Shown here piece after piece: positions 19,476 to 29,960 of a DNA stretch of 64,000 bases; position 1 is the first letter of the stretch, and each line of letters begins with the position of its first letter. The DNA comes from Polyangiales bacterium (GTDB lineage Bacteria > Myxococcota_A > Polyangia > Polyangiales > JADJQN01). The stretch spans positions 96,001 to 160,000 of the forward strand of contig CAXNJO010000011.1 in the NCBI GenBank assembly GCA_964202905.1, given 5' to 3'. Both the position numbers and the translations under genes were made by a program. The notes under the pieces are model-generated. The model did no database searches, was not told where the DNA came from, and worked only from the letters and a program-made list of their open reading frames with translations.

Positions 19476-20288
19476 TCAAACGCCGACCGGCGTTGGGATT
19501 CCGAAGAGACGGCAGGCGTTTCGGGTCGTCGCGGCGCGCACGGCGTCCGCGTCGATCCCGCGCAGCGCGGCGATCGCATCGGCGGTGTGCACGACGAACG
19601 ACGGCTCGTTGCGCTTGCCGCGGTGCGGGACCGGCGCGAGGTAGGGCGCGTCCGTTTCCACCAGCAGCGCGTCGAGCGGCTGAACACGCGCGGCCTCGCG
19701 GACGGCTTGGGCGGACTTGAACGTCACGATGCCGCTGAAACTCGCGACGAAGCCGAGATCGAGCGCTTCCCGCGCGAAGTCGGCGTCCTCGCTGAAGCAG
19801 TGGATGATGCCGCCGACGTCGCGCGCTCCCTCCTCGCGCAGGATCGCGAGCGTCTCCGCCGGGGCTTCACGCGTGTGGATCGTCAGCGGCTTCTTCACGC
19901 GGCGCGCGACGGCGACGAAGCGGCGGAAGATCTCCCGCTGCACGTCGCGCGGGCTGTGGGCGTAGTGGAAGTCGAGGCCGACCTCGCCGACGGCGACCAC
20001 GCTCGGGTCGAGCGCGAGGCGCTCGAGCGCCTCGAGGAGCGCGTCGGTCGCGACGCGCGCGTCGTGGGGGTGCAGCCCGACCGTGGCGACGATCGTGTCC
20101 GGGTGTGCGTGGGCCAGGGCGATCATCGACGCGGGGCCCGCGGTGTCCGCGGCGTCGGCGTCGACGAGCCCGATCGCGCAGAGCCGTGCGACACCCGCTG
20201 CGCGCGCGCGATCGAGGACGCCAGCGATGTCGCCCCCGTAGCGGTCGGCGTCGAGGTGGCAATGCGTGTCGAAGAGCGGCGCGTTCAT
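19476..20288 (-). CDS. tatD: TatD family nuclease
   Basis: DTHCHLD, GLHPH, VGEVGLDF, IHTREA, IHCFS, LVETDAPYLAP, RGKRNEP. Confidence 0.95.
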   Translation of the reverse strand: MNAPLFDTHCHLDADRYGGDIAGVLDRARAAGVARLCAIGLVDADAADTAGPASMIALAHAHPDTIVATVGLHPHDARVATDALLEALERLALDPSVVAVGEVGLDFHYAHSPRDVQREIFRRFVAVARRVKKPLTIHTREAPAETLAILREEGARDVGGIIHCFSEDADFAREALDLGFVASFSGIVTFKSAQAVREAARVQPLDALLVETDAPYLAPVPHRGKRNEPSFVVHTADAIAALRGIDADAVRAATTRNACRLFGIPTPVGV

Positions 20289-21346
20289 GGGGTCTCCTCG
20301 TCCTCTTCGCCCCTGGCCGCCCGGCCGATGTCGTCGTCTCGCGACGCGAGGCGTGCGAGGGCGGCGCGGGCGACCTCGCTCTCGGGGGCGAGCGCGGCGA
20401 GCGCGCGCGCGACCACGACGGGATCGGCCCCGCGGGGTCGCGCGACCAGCGCCGCGAGCGCGGGGGCGAGCCCGACGACGCGGTGCCGCCCGACCAACTC
20501 TGCGGCGTAACTCCGGCCATCGGCGCGCCATGCCCCAAGCACGGCGCTGAGGGCCTCCTCGCCGCGCGGATCGCCGAGCGCGGCGAGCGCACCCGCCGCG
20601 GCGGCCTTCACGACGAGGGGCGCGAGGATCCGCCGCGCGACCGCGGCGAGCGGCTCGCGGGCGGTCTCCGCGCGGAGCGTCGCGAGCGCCTCGCATGCCG
20701 CGAGCACGCGATCCCGCTCGTCGAGCGCCTCGACGAGGGTGCCGACGCCGCGCGCGTCGCCGAGCCGCGCGAGGGCGAGGGCGGCCGCGAACCGCACGGC
20801 GCTCGCCGTGTCGCCGAGCGCGGCGGCGACCGGTCCGGCGGAGTCGGGCTCGCCGAGGGCGCCGAGCGCGTCGAGCGTGTGCTCTCGGACCTTCGCGTCG
20901 GGGTCGTCGAGCAGCGGCGCCAGGATGGCGGGCGCCTCGTCCGGGCTCGCTTCCGCGTAGGACTCCACGGCCTGGAAGCGCACCTCCGGCCGGGCGTCGC
21001 GGAGCGCCCTCGCGAGCGCGCGCACCGCCCGCTCGCCGCCGATCCGGCCGAGCGCGATGACGGCGAGCTCGCGCGCCTCGGGCAGCGGATCGTCGAGGTG
21101 CGCGAGCACGAGGTCGAGCGCGTCGTTGTCCGAGAGCTCGCCGAGCGCGGCGATCGCGATGCAGCGGACGGCGCCCTCGGGGTCGTCGGCGAGCGTGCGG
21201 AGCGCGGCGCAGGCCTCGTCGCGCGCACCGGGGGGCGGGCTCGCGAGCGCCTGCACCGCGAGCACCCGGGTCGCTGCGCGCGGAGAGCGCGCGTCCACGA
21301 GTGCGACGTCGAAGCGGGGGACTTGCGGCGGGAACAGCAGCGACAT
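20285..21346 (-). CDS. HEAT-repeat protein
   Basis: Repeated LxDxxxxVRxxAxxALGxLG units; ATGA overlap with tatD. Confidence 0.85.
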   Translation of the reverse strand: MSLLFPPQVPRFDVALVDARSPRAATRVLAVQALASPPPGARDEACAALRTLADDPEGAVRCIAIAALGELSDNDALDLVLAHLDDPLPEARELAVIALGRIGGERAVRALARALRDARPEVRFQAVESYAEASPDEAPAILAPLLDDPDAKVREHTLDALGALGEPDSAGPVAAALGDTASAVRFAAALALARLGDARGVGTLVEALDERDRVLAACEALATLRAETAREPLAAVARRILAPLVVKAAAAGALAALGDPRGEEALSAVLGAWRADGRSYAAELVGRHRVVGLAPALAALVARPRGADPVVVARALAALAPESEVARAALARLASRDDDIGRAARGEEDEETP

Positions 21347-21359
21347 GCGCGTGCCGCCG

Positions 21360-23459
21360 CTACTTGACGATCGCGCCCGGTGGGAGATCGCGATCGACCG
21401 AGAGGACCGACAGCGTCTCTCCGTCTCCGGCCGCGAGCACCATCCCGCGCGACTCCAAGCCCATCATCTTGCGCGGGGCGAGGTTGGCGACGACGACGAT
21501 GCGCTTTCCGACGAGCGCCTCGGGCTCGTAGACCTTGCCGAGGCCCGCGAGGATCTGGCGCGGCGCGCCCTCGCCGACGTCGACCTGCAGGCGCAGGAGT
21601 TTGTCGCTCTTCGGCACGCGCTCGGCGCTCAGCACCAGCGCGAGACGCAGCGCGATCTTCGCGAGATCGTCGATCGTCGCGAGCCCGTCGTCGGCGGCGG
21701 GGGCCGTCGCGGGAAGGGGAGTAGGCGCTCCAGCACTCGGCGCGGTCACAGGCTTGTCCGTCACGTCGAGCTTCTCCGTCTTCTCCGGTTTCTCCGGTTT
21801 CTTCGCGGTGAGCGTCTTCGCCGCGGGGGTCGCGTCCGCGACGCCGAGACGCTCGAGCAGCGCGCGCTGCTGGTCGTCGTCGTACCGCGGGAAGAGCGGC
21901 GCCCCCGGCCGCGTCTGCGTGCCGCCGGTGAGCCCGCCCCACGCGCCCGGCCAGAGGTCGACGCCCACCGTCGGCATCAGCGCGGGCAGACCGAGCTGCG
22001 CGCGGAGCGCGTCGCACTTCCCTGGCATCACGGGCCAGAGCATCACGCTCAGCCAGCGCAGCGCCTCGAGCACCGTGTACGCGACCTGCGCGAGGCGCTT
22101 GAGGTCGTGGTGCTTCGCGAGGTTCCAGGGCTCGGTGACGTCGATGTACTTGTTCGTCGCCAGCACCAACTCCCAGGCGCTCTCGAGCGCGCGGTTCGGG
22201 AGCATCGCGTCGAGGTGCTTCGCGCTCGCCTCCGCGGCGCGCGCCGCGAGCGCCATGACGTCGCGATCGACCTGCTGGAGCGCGTCGGCGTGGACGTGGG
22301 GCACGCGGCCGTCGAGGGACTTCTTCACGATGCTCGCGACCATGCGGTTCAGCAGGTTGCCGAGGCCGTTGCCGAGGTCGCCGTGGTAGCGCGCGAGCAG
22401 GCTCGCGTGGCTGAAGTCGCCGTCGTGCCCGAAGCCGATGTCGCGCATGAGGTAGTAGCGGAGCACGTCCGCGCCGAAGGCCTCGACGAGCGGCTCGGGT
22501 GCGATCGCGTTGCCGAGGGACTTCGAGATCTTCTCGCCGTTCACGGTGAGGAAGCCGTGCGCTTGCACCGCCGTCGGCGGCGCGAAGCCCGCGCTCATCA
22601 GGAACGCGGGCCAGAACACCGCGTGGAAACGGAGGATGTCCTTGCCGACCACGTGCACGGCCTCGGCGCCGTCCGCGTCGACGTGCGGCCAGAATGCTTC
22701 GAAGCGCCCGCTGTCGACGCCTGGCACCGGTGGTCCGCCGAGCGCGCTGACGTAGTTCGTGAGCGCGTCGAACCACACGTACATCACGTGCTCCGGGTCG
22801 CCCGGCACCGGGATGCCCCAGCGGAAGCTCGTGCGCGAGACGGAGAGGTCGCGCAGCCCCTCCTTCACGAAGGCCTTCACTTCGTTGAAGCGGCCCTCGG
22901 GGCGAACGAAGTCGGGGTGCGAGTCGTAGAAGGCGAGCAGCTTGTCCGTGTACGCGGAGAGCCGGAAGAAGTAACTCTCCTCGCGGATCTTCTCGACGGG
23001 CTTCTTGTGCGTCGGGCAGGCGTTGCCCGGGAGCAGGTCCTTCTCGGTGAAGTAGGCCTCGCAGTCGACGCAGTACCAGTCCTCGTAGTGGCCGAGGTAG
23101 ATGTCGCCGGCGGCGGCGACGCGGCGCCACAACTCCTGCGCGTGCTGCACGTGGCGCGGCTCGGTCGTGCGGATGAAGTCGTCGTGCTCGCAGCCGAGCG
23201 CCTCCCACGCGCGACGGAACGGGCCTTCCGCGCGGTCGACGAAGGCCTGCGGCGAGAGGCCTTCGCTCGCGGCGAGGCGCGCGATCTTCAGCCCGTGCTC
23301 ATCGAGCCCGGTGTGGAAACGCGCGGGGCGCCCGCGAACCCGGGCGTAGCGGGCGAACACGTCGGCGGCGATCGTGGAGTAGGCCGTCCCGACGTGGGGA
23401 ACCGCGTTCACGTAGTAGATCGGCGTCGTGACGTAGAAGGGGCGTGATCGCGCGGTCAT
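21360..23459 (-). CDS. metG: methionine--tRNA ligase with C-terminal tRNA-binding domain
   Basis: YVTTPIYYVN, PHVGT, DEHG, CVDC..CPTH knuckle, YVWFDAL, GKDILRFH, KISKS, ANLAPRKMMGLESRGM. Confidence 0.97.
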   Translation of the reverse strand: MTARSRPFYVTTPIYYVNAVPHVGTAYSTIAADVFARYARVRGRPARFHTGLDEHGLKIARLAASEGLSPQAFVDRAEGPFRRAWEALGCEHDDFIRTTEPRHVQHAQELWRRVAAAGDIYLGHYEDWYCVDCEAYFTEKDLLPGNACPTHKKPVEKIREESYFFRLSAYTDKLLAFYDSHPDFVRPEGRFNEVKAFVKEGLRDLSVSRTSFRWGIPVPGDPEHVMYVWFDALTNYVSALGGPPVPGVDSGRFEAFWPHVDADGAEAVHVVGKDILRFHAVFWPAFLMSAGFAPPTAVQAHGFLTVNGEKISKSLGNAIAPEPLVEAFGADVLRYYLMRDIGFGHDGDFSHASLLARYHGDLGNGLGNLLNRMVASIVKKSLDGRVPHVHADALQQVDRDVMALAARAAEASAKHLDAMLPNRALESAWELVLATNKYIDVTEPWNLAKHHDLKRLAQVAYTVLEALRWLSVMLWPVMPGKCDALRAQLGLPALMPTVGVDLWPGAWGGLTGGTQTRPGAPLFPRYDDDQQRALLERLGVADATPAAKTLTAKKPEKPEKTEKLDVTDKPVTAPSAGAPTPLPATAPAADDGLATIDDLAKIALRLALVLSAERVPKSDKLLRLQVDVGEGAPRQILAGLGKVYEPEALVGKRIVVVANLAPRKMMGLESRGMVLAAGDGETLSVLSVDRDLPPGAIVK

Positions 23460-23501
23460 GGGGGCCGCGAGACTAGCAGGCGGGTGCGCGGGTGTCCGCT
23501 G

Positions 23502-24503
23502 TCAGGCCGCGCGCAGCGTGAGCAGCAGCGCCTCGAGGACGAGCTGCGCGCTCGCGTTCGCGTCGATGGCGCGCGCGGCGTCTCGGATCGCGCCGGCGCG
23601 CGCGGCGGCGCGTCCGGCGCCGAGCTGCGTGGCGCGCTCGCGGATGCGCGCGGCCTCGAGGCGGAAGCGGAGCGCGTCGTCGTCGAGCCCCGACGCGGCG
23701 GCGGCGATGTCGCGGTACAGCGTCGCGAGCGTGTCGAGCACCAGCGCCCGATCGTCGAGGCGCGCGAGCTCTTCGGCGAGCTCGAGCTGCATGCCGCCGC
23801 GCCCGTCCTCGACGACGCGATCGACGCGAAGCGCCAGGTCGAGGAGCCGCTTCCCTGCGCCATCGACGGCGAAGCGGAGCGCGAGGTCCGCGCGACCATC
23901 CGCGAGCGCGCAGGCGGCTTCGCGCTCGGCCTCGGGGACGCCGCCCTCCTCGAGGATCTGCCGCAGCGTGCGGTCGGGGAGCCGCTGGAACCGCACGCGC
24001 TGGCAGCGCGAGCGGATCGTCTGGAGGAGCTGATCGGGGCGCGACGCGAGCAGCACGAAGTGCAAGCGGGCCCGCGGCTCCTCGAGCGTCTTCAGCAGGG
24101 CGCTCGCGGCCTCGGCGTGGTTCGCCGGGAAGGACACGTCGGCGTCGGGGAAGAGGGCGAACGCCGCGCGCCCCTCGAAGGGCGCGAACTGCGAGAAGGG
24201 CAGCACTTCCTCGCGGATCCGCTCGACCTTGATGTTCCGGTCGCCCTCGTCGCGCGGCAGGAACACGCGGACGTCGGGGTGGTTCCCGCCGGCGATACGG
24301 CGGCACGTGTCGCACGCCGCGCAGCCGCGCCCCGGCGCCTGCGTGCAGAGCAGCGCGCTCGCGAGGGCCAGCGCGGCGCGCTGCTTGCCGACGCCGCTCG
24401 GCCCCTCGAACAGATAGGCCGACGCCACGCGGTCGCGCTGCACGGCCGCGCGCAGGGTGCGGACCGCGGCGGGCTGGGCGCGGACGTCGTCGAAGGTCGG
24501 CAT
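23502..24503 (-). CDS. holB: DNA polymerase III subunit delta'
   Basis: AYLFEGPSGVGK, CAACDTC Zn motif, NHPD, ALLKTLEEP, LLQTIRSRCQ. Confidence 0.92.
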   Translation of the reverse strand: MPTFDDVRAQPAAVRTLRAAVQRDRVASAYLFEGPSGVGKQRAALALASALLCTQAPGRGCAACDTCRRIAGGNHPDVRVFLPRDEGDRNIKVERIREEVLPFSQFAPFEGRAAFALFPDADVSFPANHAEAASALLKTLEEPRARLHFVLLASRPDQLLQTIRSRCQRVRFQRLPDRTLRQILEEGGVPEAEREAACALADGRADLALRFAVDGAGKRLLDLALRVDRVVEDGRGGMQLELAEELARLDDRALVLDTLATLYRDIAAAASGLDDDALRFRLEAARIRERATQLGAGRAAARAGAIRDAARAIDANASAQLVLEALLLTLRAA

Positions 24504-24510
24504 GGTGCCC

Positions 24511-26118
24511 TCAGCGCACCACGAGTCGCTTCCCCTGCAGGGCCGAGCCGCGGCCGGGCTCGGCGCCGAGCGGGCCGACGCGGATGGTGAGCAGGTTTCC
24601 GCCGACCTTCGCGCCGCGGATCGTGACGCGCACGAACATCACGGGCATCGGGGGGGGCGGCTCGGGGCGCGTGGTCCGGCGCCGCGGCTCTTCGACGGCG
24701 AAGGCGGGCTCGAGCGCCACCTCGCCGAGCTCCGCGCGTGCAGCGGCGCCGCGCGTGGCGAAGGCCGCCTCGACCTTCGCGGCGTCGCGGCCGAAGGACA
24801 CGCTCTCCGCGGTGAGCAGGCCGCTCGCGAACGCCGGGCCGCCGACCTCGACGTAGAGACCGCGGCCCTTGCCGCCTGCGCTCGAGAAGGCGACGTCGAT
24901 GGTCGTCGTCGCGCCTGGCGCCACGCTCCACTCGCCGGCACCGGCGGTCGCCTTCGAGAGCGCGAGGGCGGGTGGGCCGATCATGCGGGCTGGTCCCACG
25001 GGGGCGGCGAGCGGTGCGCGCTTCGTGGCCGGCGCGGGTGCGACGGGCATCAGCAGCGGCGCGATCTGCACCTCGGAATCCTCCGAAATGCGGAACAGAT
25101 AGGCCATGTCGCCGAGCCCGACGAGCGCTGTGCGTCCGTCGGCGGTGGTGAACGCGCTCGACTCGCCGACGAGCTTCATGTCGAGGTCGCCGAGCGCCTC
25201 GGCCGCGAGGCCGGGCAACGTGAGCGCGGTGACGCGGCTCGTCTTCAGCGACTGCACCACCACGGCGCGCTCGTCGCCCACGAGGAACGGCGCGCCGAGC
25301 CCGAACGCGAGGCCCTCGCCGAGGCGCGAGACGTGCGCGAGCACGGCACCGTCGGGGGCGATGTGGAGGACCGCGGAGTACTTGCCGTGCAGCGTCGTCA
25401 CCACGAGCACGCCCTCGCGCGTCGGCACGGCGAAGATCTCCTGCTCGTCGCGCGTCGCGGGGATGCGGACGCAGAACGCGACCTCGCTCGCCCCGGGGCG
25501 CACGACGGCCACCACACCCGAGTACGCCGAGGCGAGCGCGGTGCCGTGCGCGCTCGTCGCGAGGTGCACCGCGTCGAAGAAGGTCGTGCCGTCGCGCGAG
25601 GCGTAGCCGACGGCGATGGCGTCGAGGCGGTGCTCCTCGGCGTTGAACTCCTCGTCGGCCTCCGGCCAGGGATCGACGCTGCTCTCCCAGATCGTGTTTT
25701 GCGGCCACGCGATGCGCGTCGCGGCCGGGAGCGTCAACCTCGCCGTCTCGACGAGCGGCTGCCCCGGCTCGAGCGTCGCGAGCACGAAGCGCGCGTCGGG
25801 TTCGGCGCCGACCGTGTCGGAGACGACGGCGAAGAGCCGGCCGTCGTGCCCGCGCACCGCGTCGAGGACGCGCTCGGTGAGCTTGCGCGGCGCGCCGCCC
25901 CCGAGCGGCACCTCCCAGGCGGTGCGGTCGACGGTGACGAGCACGCGGTCGAGCTCCTCGTCGAGGGGCGCGAGCACGTCGCGGGGCGGCGCGAGCACGG
26001 CGCCGCGCTTCGGCGCGGGGCCGAGCGCGACGAGCCTGGGCTCCGCGTCGGGGCGATGGATCGCGAGGCCGCCTGGGCCGAGGACGAGGTGCGTCTGACC
26101 GTCCGTGAACACGCGCAT
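24511..26118 (-). CDS. hypothetical protein (beta-rich, possibly propeller-like N-terminal part plus Ig-like C-terminal part)
   Basis: 535-aa ORF with plausible codon usage, 7 nt upstream of holB; no recognised motif. Confidence 0.65.
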   Translation of the reverse strand: MRVFTDGQTHLVLGPGGLAIHRPDAEPRLVALGPAPKRGAVLAPPRDVLAPLDEELDRVLVTVDRTAWEVPLGGGAPRKLTERVLDAVRGHDGRLFAVVSDTVGAEPDARFVLATLEPGQPLVETARLTLPAATRIAWPQNTIWESSVDPWPEADEEFNAEEHRLDAIAVGYASRDGTTFFDAVHLATSAHGTALASAYSGVVAVVRPGASEVAFCVRIPATRDEQEIFAVPTREGVLVVTTLHGKYSAVLHIAPDGAVLAHVSRLGEGLAFGLGAPFLVGDERAVVVQSLKTSRVTALTLPGLAAEALGDLDMKLVGESSAFTTADGRTALVGLGDMAYLFRISEDSEVQIAPLLMPVAPAPATKRAPLAAPVGPARMIGPPALALSKATAGAGEWSVAPGATTTIDVAFSSAGGKGRGLYVEVGGPAFASGLLTAESVSFGRDAAKVEAAFATRGAAARAELGEVALEPAFAVEEPRRRTTRPEPPPPMPVMFVRVTIRGAKVGGNLLTIRVGPLGAEPGRGSALQGKRLVVR

Positions 26119-26205
26119 GGGGCGCGGACGCTAGCCGGAACCGTGGCCGAGGTCCACGCGTCGCGTCACGGGTGCTGCGCGGCGCGACTGAATGGTGATT
26201 CAGCG

Positions 26206-26234
26206 TTGACAGCACCAGTCCCCGCCGGGAGCAT
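26206..26234 (+). promoter_or_regulatory. putative sigma70 promoter (TTGACA-N17-GAGCAT) of the carboxylase-pfk operon
   Basis: Perfect -35 and 17-nt spacer in a divergent intergenic region. Confidence 0.45.
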
Positions 26235-26246
26235 CGGCGCGTCGCC

Positions 26247-27869
26247 ATGACGCTCTCCCCGACGCAACGCTACCCGCTGATCCGCAGCCGCATCGACGTC
26301 CGCGGCGCGCAGTACCTCGCCAACCGCGCCGTGAACGTGCAGTCGCTCGAGAAGCTCGAGAAGGCGCTCGCGAAGTCCCGCGAGGGCGGCGGGCCGAAGT
26401 ACAACGACCGGCACCGCGCCGCTGGGAAAATGCTCCCGCGTGAGCGCATCGAGTTGCTCGTCGACCGCGACGCGCCCTTCCTCGAGCTGTGTCCGCTCGC
26501 GGGGCACGACGTGCGCGACCAGACGACGGGCGCGGGCGTGCTCGGCGGCATCGGCGTCGTGAGCGGCGTCGAGTGCCTCATCACCGCGAGCGAGGCGACG
26601 GTGAAGGGCGGCGCCATCTCCGAGATCGGCATGTGGAAGACGGGCCGGCTCGCCGAGGTCGCCGAGCAGAATGGCCTGCCGAGCCTCTCGCTGATCGAGA
26701 GCGCGGGCGCGGACCTGCCCAACCAACACAAGATCTTCGTCCACGGCGGGCGCGGCTTCCGCGACCTCACGCGCCGCAGCAAGGAGCGCACGCCGACCAT
26801 CTGCCTCGTCTTCGGGTCGTCGACCGCGGGCGGCGCCTACGTGCCGGGCATGAGCGACTACGTCGTCATGGTGAAGCAGCAGGCGCAGGTCTATCTCGCC
26901 GGCCCGCCGCTCGTGAAGATGGCGACGGGCGAGGAGTCCGAGCACGAGGAGCTCGGCGGTGCGGAGATGCACTCGCGTGTCTCGGGCGTCTCCGATTACC
27001 TCGCCGAGGACGAGCGCGACGCCGTGCGTCTCGGTCGCGAGATCGTCGCGCATCTGCGTTGGCGCAAGCGCGGCATCGTTCCGCCGCGCGAGTTCGCCGA
27101 GCCCCTGTACGACGCCGACGAACTCCTCGGCATCGCGAGCGCGGACCTCAAGATTCCCTTCGATGCGCGAGAGGTGATTGCGCGCATCGTCGACGGCTCG
27201 CGCTTCAGCGAGTTCAAACCGCTCTACGGTCCGTCGCTCGTGTGCGGTTGGGCGCACATTCACGGTTATCCCGTCGGCATCCTCGCGAACAATGGGATTC
27301 TCTTCAGCGAGAGCGCGAACAAGGGCGCACAGTTCATCGAACTCTGCAATCAGAGCGATATTCCCCTGCTTTTTCTGCAGAACATCACCGGTTTCATGGT
27401 CGGGAAGAAATACGAGCAGGAAGGCATCATCAAGAATGGCGCGAAGCTGATCAACGCCGTGTCCAACAGCACGGTGCCCGCGATCACCATCATGATCGGC
27501 TCGAGCTTCGGCGCCGGGAACTACGCGATGTGCGGGCGCGCGTACGAGCCGCGATTCCTGTTCACGTGGCCCAATCACCGCATCGGCGTGATGGGCGGCA
27601 AGCAGCTCGCGGGCGTGCTCGACATCATCCAGCGCGGCGCGGCGCAGAAGCGCGGCGAGGTCGTCGACGAGCAGCGCCTCTCCGTGATGAAGCAGATGGT
27701 CGAGGGGCAGATCGACCTCGAGTCCGAACCGTACTTCGCGACGGCGCGGCTCTGGGACGACGGCATCATCGACCCGCGCGACACGCGCCACGTCATCGCG
27801 ATGTCGCTCTCCGCGGCGTGCACGCGCCCCGTCGAGGGCACCATGGCCTTCGGCGTGTTCCGCCACTGA
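26247..27869 (+). CDS. acyl-CoA carboxylase carboxyltransferase subunit (MCC-beta/AtuC-like)
   Basis: [61 protein letters not shown]. Confidence 0.93.
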   Translation: MTLSPTQRYPLIRSRIDVRGAQYLANRAVNVQSLEKLEKALAKSREGGGPKYNDRHRAAGKMLPRERIELLVDRDAPFLELCPLAGHDVRDQTTGAGVLGGIGVVSGVECLITASEATVKGGAISEIGMWKTGRLAEVAEQNGLPSLSLIESAGADLPNQHKIFVHGGRGFRDLTRRSKERTPTICLVFGSSTAGGAYVPGMSDYVVMVKQQAQVYLAGPPLVKMATGEESEHEELGGAEMHSRVSGVSDYLAEDERDAVRLGREIVAHLRWRKRGIVPPREFAEPLYDADELLGIASADLKIPFDAREVIARIVDGSRFSEFKPLYGPSLVCGWAHIHGYPVGILANNGILFSESANKGAQFIELCNQSDIPLLFLQNITGFMVGKKYEQEGIIKNGAKLINAVSNSTVPAITIMIGSSFGAGNYAMCGRAYEPRFLFTWPNHRIGVMGGKQLAGVLDIIQRGAAQKRGEVVDEQRLSVMKQMVEGQIDLESEPYFATARLWDDGIIDPRDTRHVIAMSLSAACTRPVEGTMAFGVFRH

Positions 27870-27923
27870 TCGCCCGCCCTCACCGCGCCGCTGCCCACGC
27901 CTCGCCGACGCACGGATCCGCCC

Positions 27924-29951
27924 ATGTCGAACACGCCGAACGTCCTCCGCAAGGTCCTCATCGCCAACCGTGGCGAGATCGCACGCCGCATCGCGCGCAC
28001 CTGCCGCCGCCTCGGGCTCGCGACCGTCGCCGTGTTCTCCGACGCGGACGAAGATGCGCTCTTCGTGCAGGAGGCCGACGAGGCGGTGCGCCTCGGGCCC
28101 GCGCCGAGCCGCGAGTCGTACCTCTCGATCGAGAAGATCCTCGCGGCGGCGCGCTTGACCGGGGCGGATGCGCTGCACCCGGGCTACGGCTTTCTCTCGG
28201 AGCGCGCCGAGCTCGCCGAGGCGTGCGCAGCCGCGGGGATCACGTTCGTCGGCCCGTCCCCGCAGGCGATCCGCGCGATGGGCCTCAAGCGCGAGGCCAA
28301 GCGCCTCGCCGCGGCGGCCGGCGTGCCCACCGTGCCGGGCTACTCGGGCGACGATCAGGGCGACGCGACGCTCGCGGCGAAGGCGCTCGAGGTCGGCTTT
28401 CCGTTGCTGCTCAAAGCATCGGCGGGCGGCGGCGGCAAGGGCATGCGCGTCGTCCGCGCGGCGGGCGAGATCGAGGCGAGCCTCGCGGCGGCGCGGCGCG
28501 AGGCGCTCGCTGCGTTCGGCGACGACACGCTCATCATCGAGCGCTACGTGAGCTCGCCGCGCCACGTCGAGATCCAGATCCTCGGCGACACGCACGGGAA
28601 CCTCGTGCACCTCTTCGAGCGCGAGTGCTCGATCCAGCGCCGCCACCAGAAGATCCTTGAGGAGAGCCCGTCGCCCGCGCTCACGCCCGCGCTCCGCGCC
28701 GCGATGGGCGAGGCCGCGGTGCGCGTCGGTCGCGCCATCGGCTACAGCAGCGCGGGCACCGTCGAGTTCATTCTCGGCGACGACGGCGCCTTCTACTTCC
28801 TCGAGGTGAACACGCGCCTGCAGGTCGAGCACCCCGTCACCGAGATGGTCACGGGCCTCGACCTCGTCGCCGAGCAGCTCCGCGTCGCGCGCGGCGAGCC
28901 GCTCGGCTACGGGCAGGACGACCTCGTGCAGCGCGGCCACGCGATCGAGGTGCGGCTTTACGCGGAAGACCCCGCGAGCGGCTTTCTCCCGCAGGCGGGC
29001 ACGCTCGTCGACTTCCACGTGCCGGAGGACGAGGGCGTGCGCCTCGACACCGGCGTGCGCTCGGGCGACGAGGTGTCCATCCACTACGACCCGATGATCG
29101 CGAAGATCATCGCGCATGGCGCGAGCCGCGCGGAGGCCACGCGGCGCCTCGTCCGCACGCTCGAGCGCACGAGCGTGCAGGGACTCGCGAGCAACCGCGC
29201 GCTGCTCGTGCGCATCCTCGAGCACCCCGCGTTCGCGGCGGGCGAACTCGACACGCATTTTCTCGATCGGCACTTTGCGGGCGCGCTCGGCGAGCCCGCG
29301 GATCCGTCCCGCGATCGCCTCGCCGCGATCGCCGCGATGATGATCGCGCACGAGGCGCATGCGGCCTCGCGCGAGGTGGTGCCGGGCGTGCCCAACGGCT
29401 TCCGCGTCAACTTCTCCGTGCCGCAGACGGTCACGTACGGCGTGGGTGATCGCAGCCTCACGCTCGCCTACCGCAGCCGCGGGAAGGGCCGCTTCGACGT
29501 CGCGCTCGACGTTCCGCTTCACGGCGGCGAGAGCCGCGCGGTGCGCCTCGTCTCGTGGGCGGAGCCGACGCTCGTGCTCGAGGATCACGACGGGCATCGG
29601 CATACGCTGCGCGTCGTCGTCGATGAGGCTGCCGCCACGTTCTACGTGCACAGCACGCGCGGCTCGACCGCGCTCGTCGAGCGGCCGCGCTTCCCCGAGC
29701 CCGGCGCGGAGGCCGTCGCGGGAGGCTGCGTCGCGCCGATGCCGGGGCGCATCGTGCAGGTGCTCGCGGCCGAGGGGCAGGCCGTCGCCCGCGGCGCGGT
29801 GCTCGTGATCCTCGAGGCGATGAAGATGGAGCACAGCGTCGTCGCCGCCATCGACGGAGTCGTCACGCGCGTCGCGGTGCAGGCGGGCGAGCAGGTCGAG
29901 GGCGGGCAGATCCTCGCCGTCGTCGAGGCAGGCGAGGCCGCGGCGGTGTAG
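27924..29951 (+). CDS. acyl-CoA carboxylase alpha subunit (biotin carboxylase + biotinyl domain)
   Basis: LIANRGEIA, HPGYGFLSE, GGGGKGMR, CSIQRRHQK, EVNTRLQVEHPVTE, EAMKM. Confidence 0.95.
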   Translation: MSNTPNVLRKVLIANRGEIARRIARTCRRLGLATVAVFSDADEDALFVQEADEAVRLGPAPSRESYLSIEKILAAARLTGADALHPGYGFLSERAELAEACAAAGITFVGPSPQAIRAMGLKREAKRLAAAAGVPTVPGYSGDDQGDATLAAKALEVGFPLLLKASAGGGGKGMRVVRAAGEIEASLAAARREALAAFGDDTLIIERYVSSPRHVEIQILGDTHGNLVHLFERECSIQRRHQKILEESPSPALTPALRAAMGEAAVRVGRAIGYSSAGTVEFILGDDGAFYFLEVNTRLQVEHPVTEMVTGLDLVAEQLRVARGEPLGYGQDDLVQRGHAIEVRLYAEDPASGFLPQAGTLVDFHVPEDEGVRLDTGVRSGDEVSIHYDPMIAKIIAHGASRAEATRRLVRTLERTSVQGLASNRALLVRILEHPAFAAGELDTHFLDRHFAGALGEPADPSRDRLAAIAAMMIAHEAHAASREVVPGVPNGFRVNFSVPQTVTYGVGDRSLTLAYRSRGKGRFDVALDVPLHGGESRAVRLVSWAEPTLVLEDHDGHRHTLRVVVDEAAATFYVHSTRGSTALVERPRFPEPGAEAVAGGCVAPMPGRIVQVLAAEGQAVARGAVLVILEAMKMEHSVVAAIDGVVTRVAVQAGEQVEGGQILAVVEAGEAAAV

Positions 29952-29960
29952 AAGCGGGGG

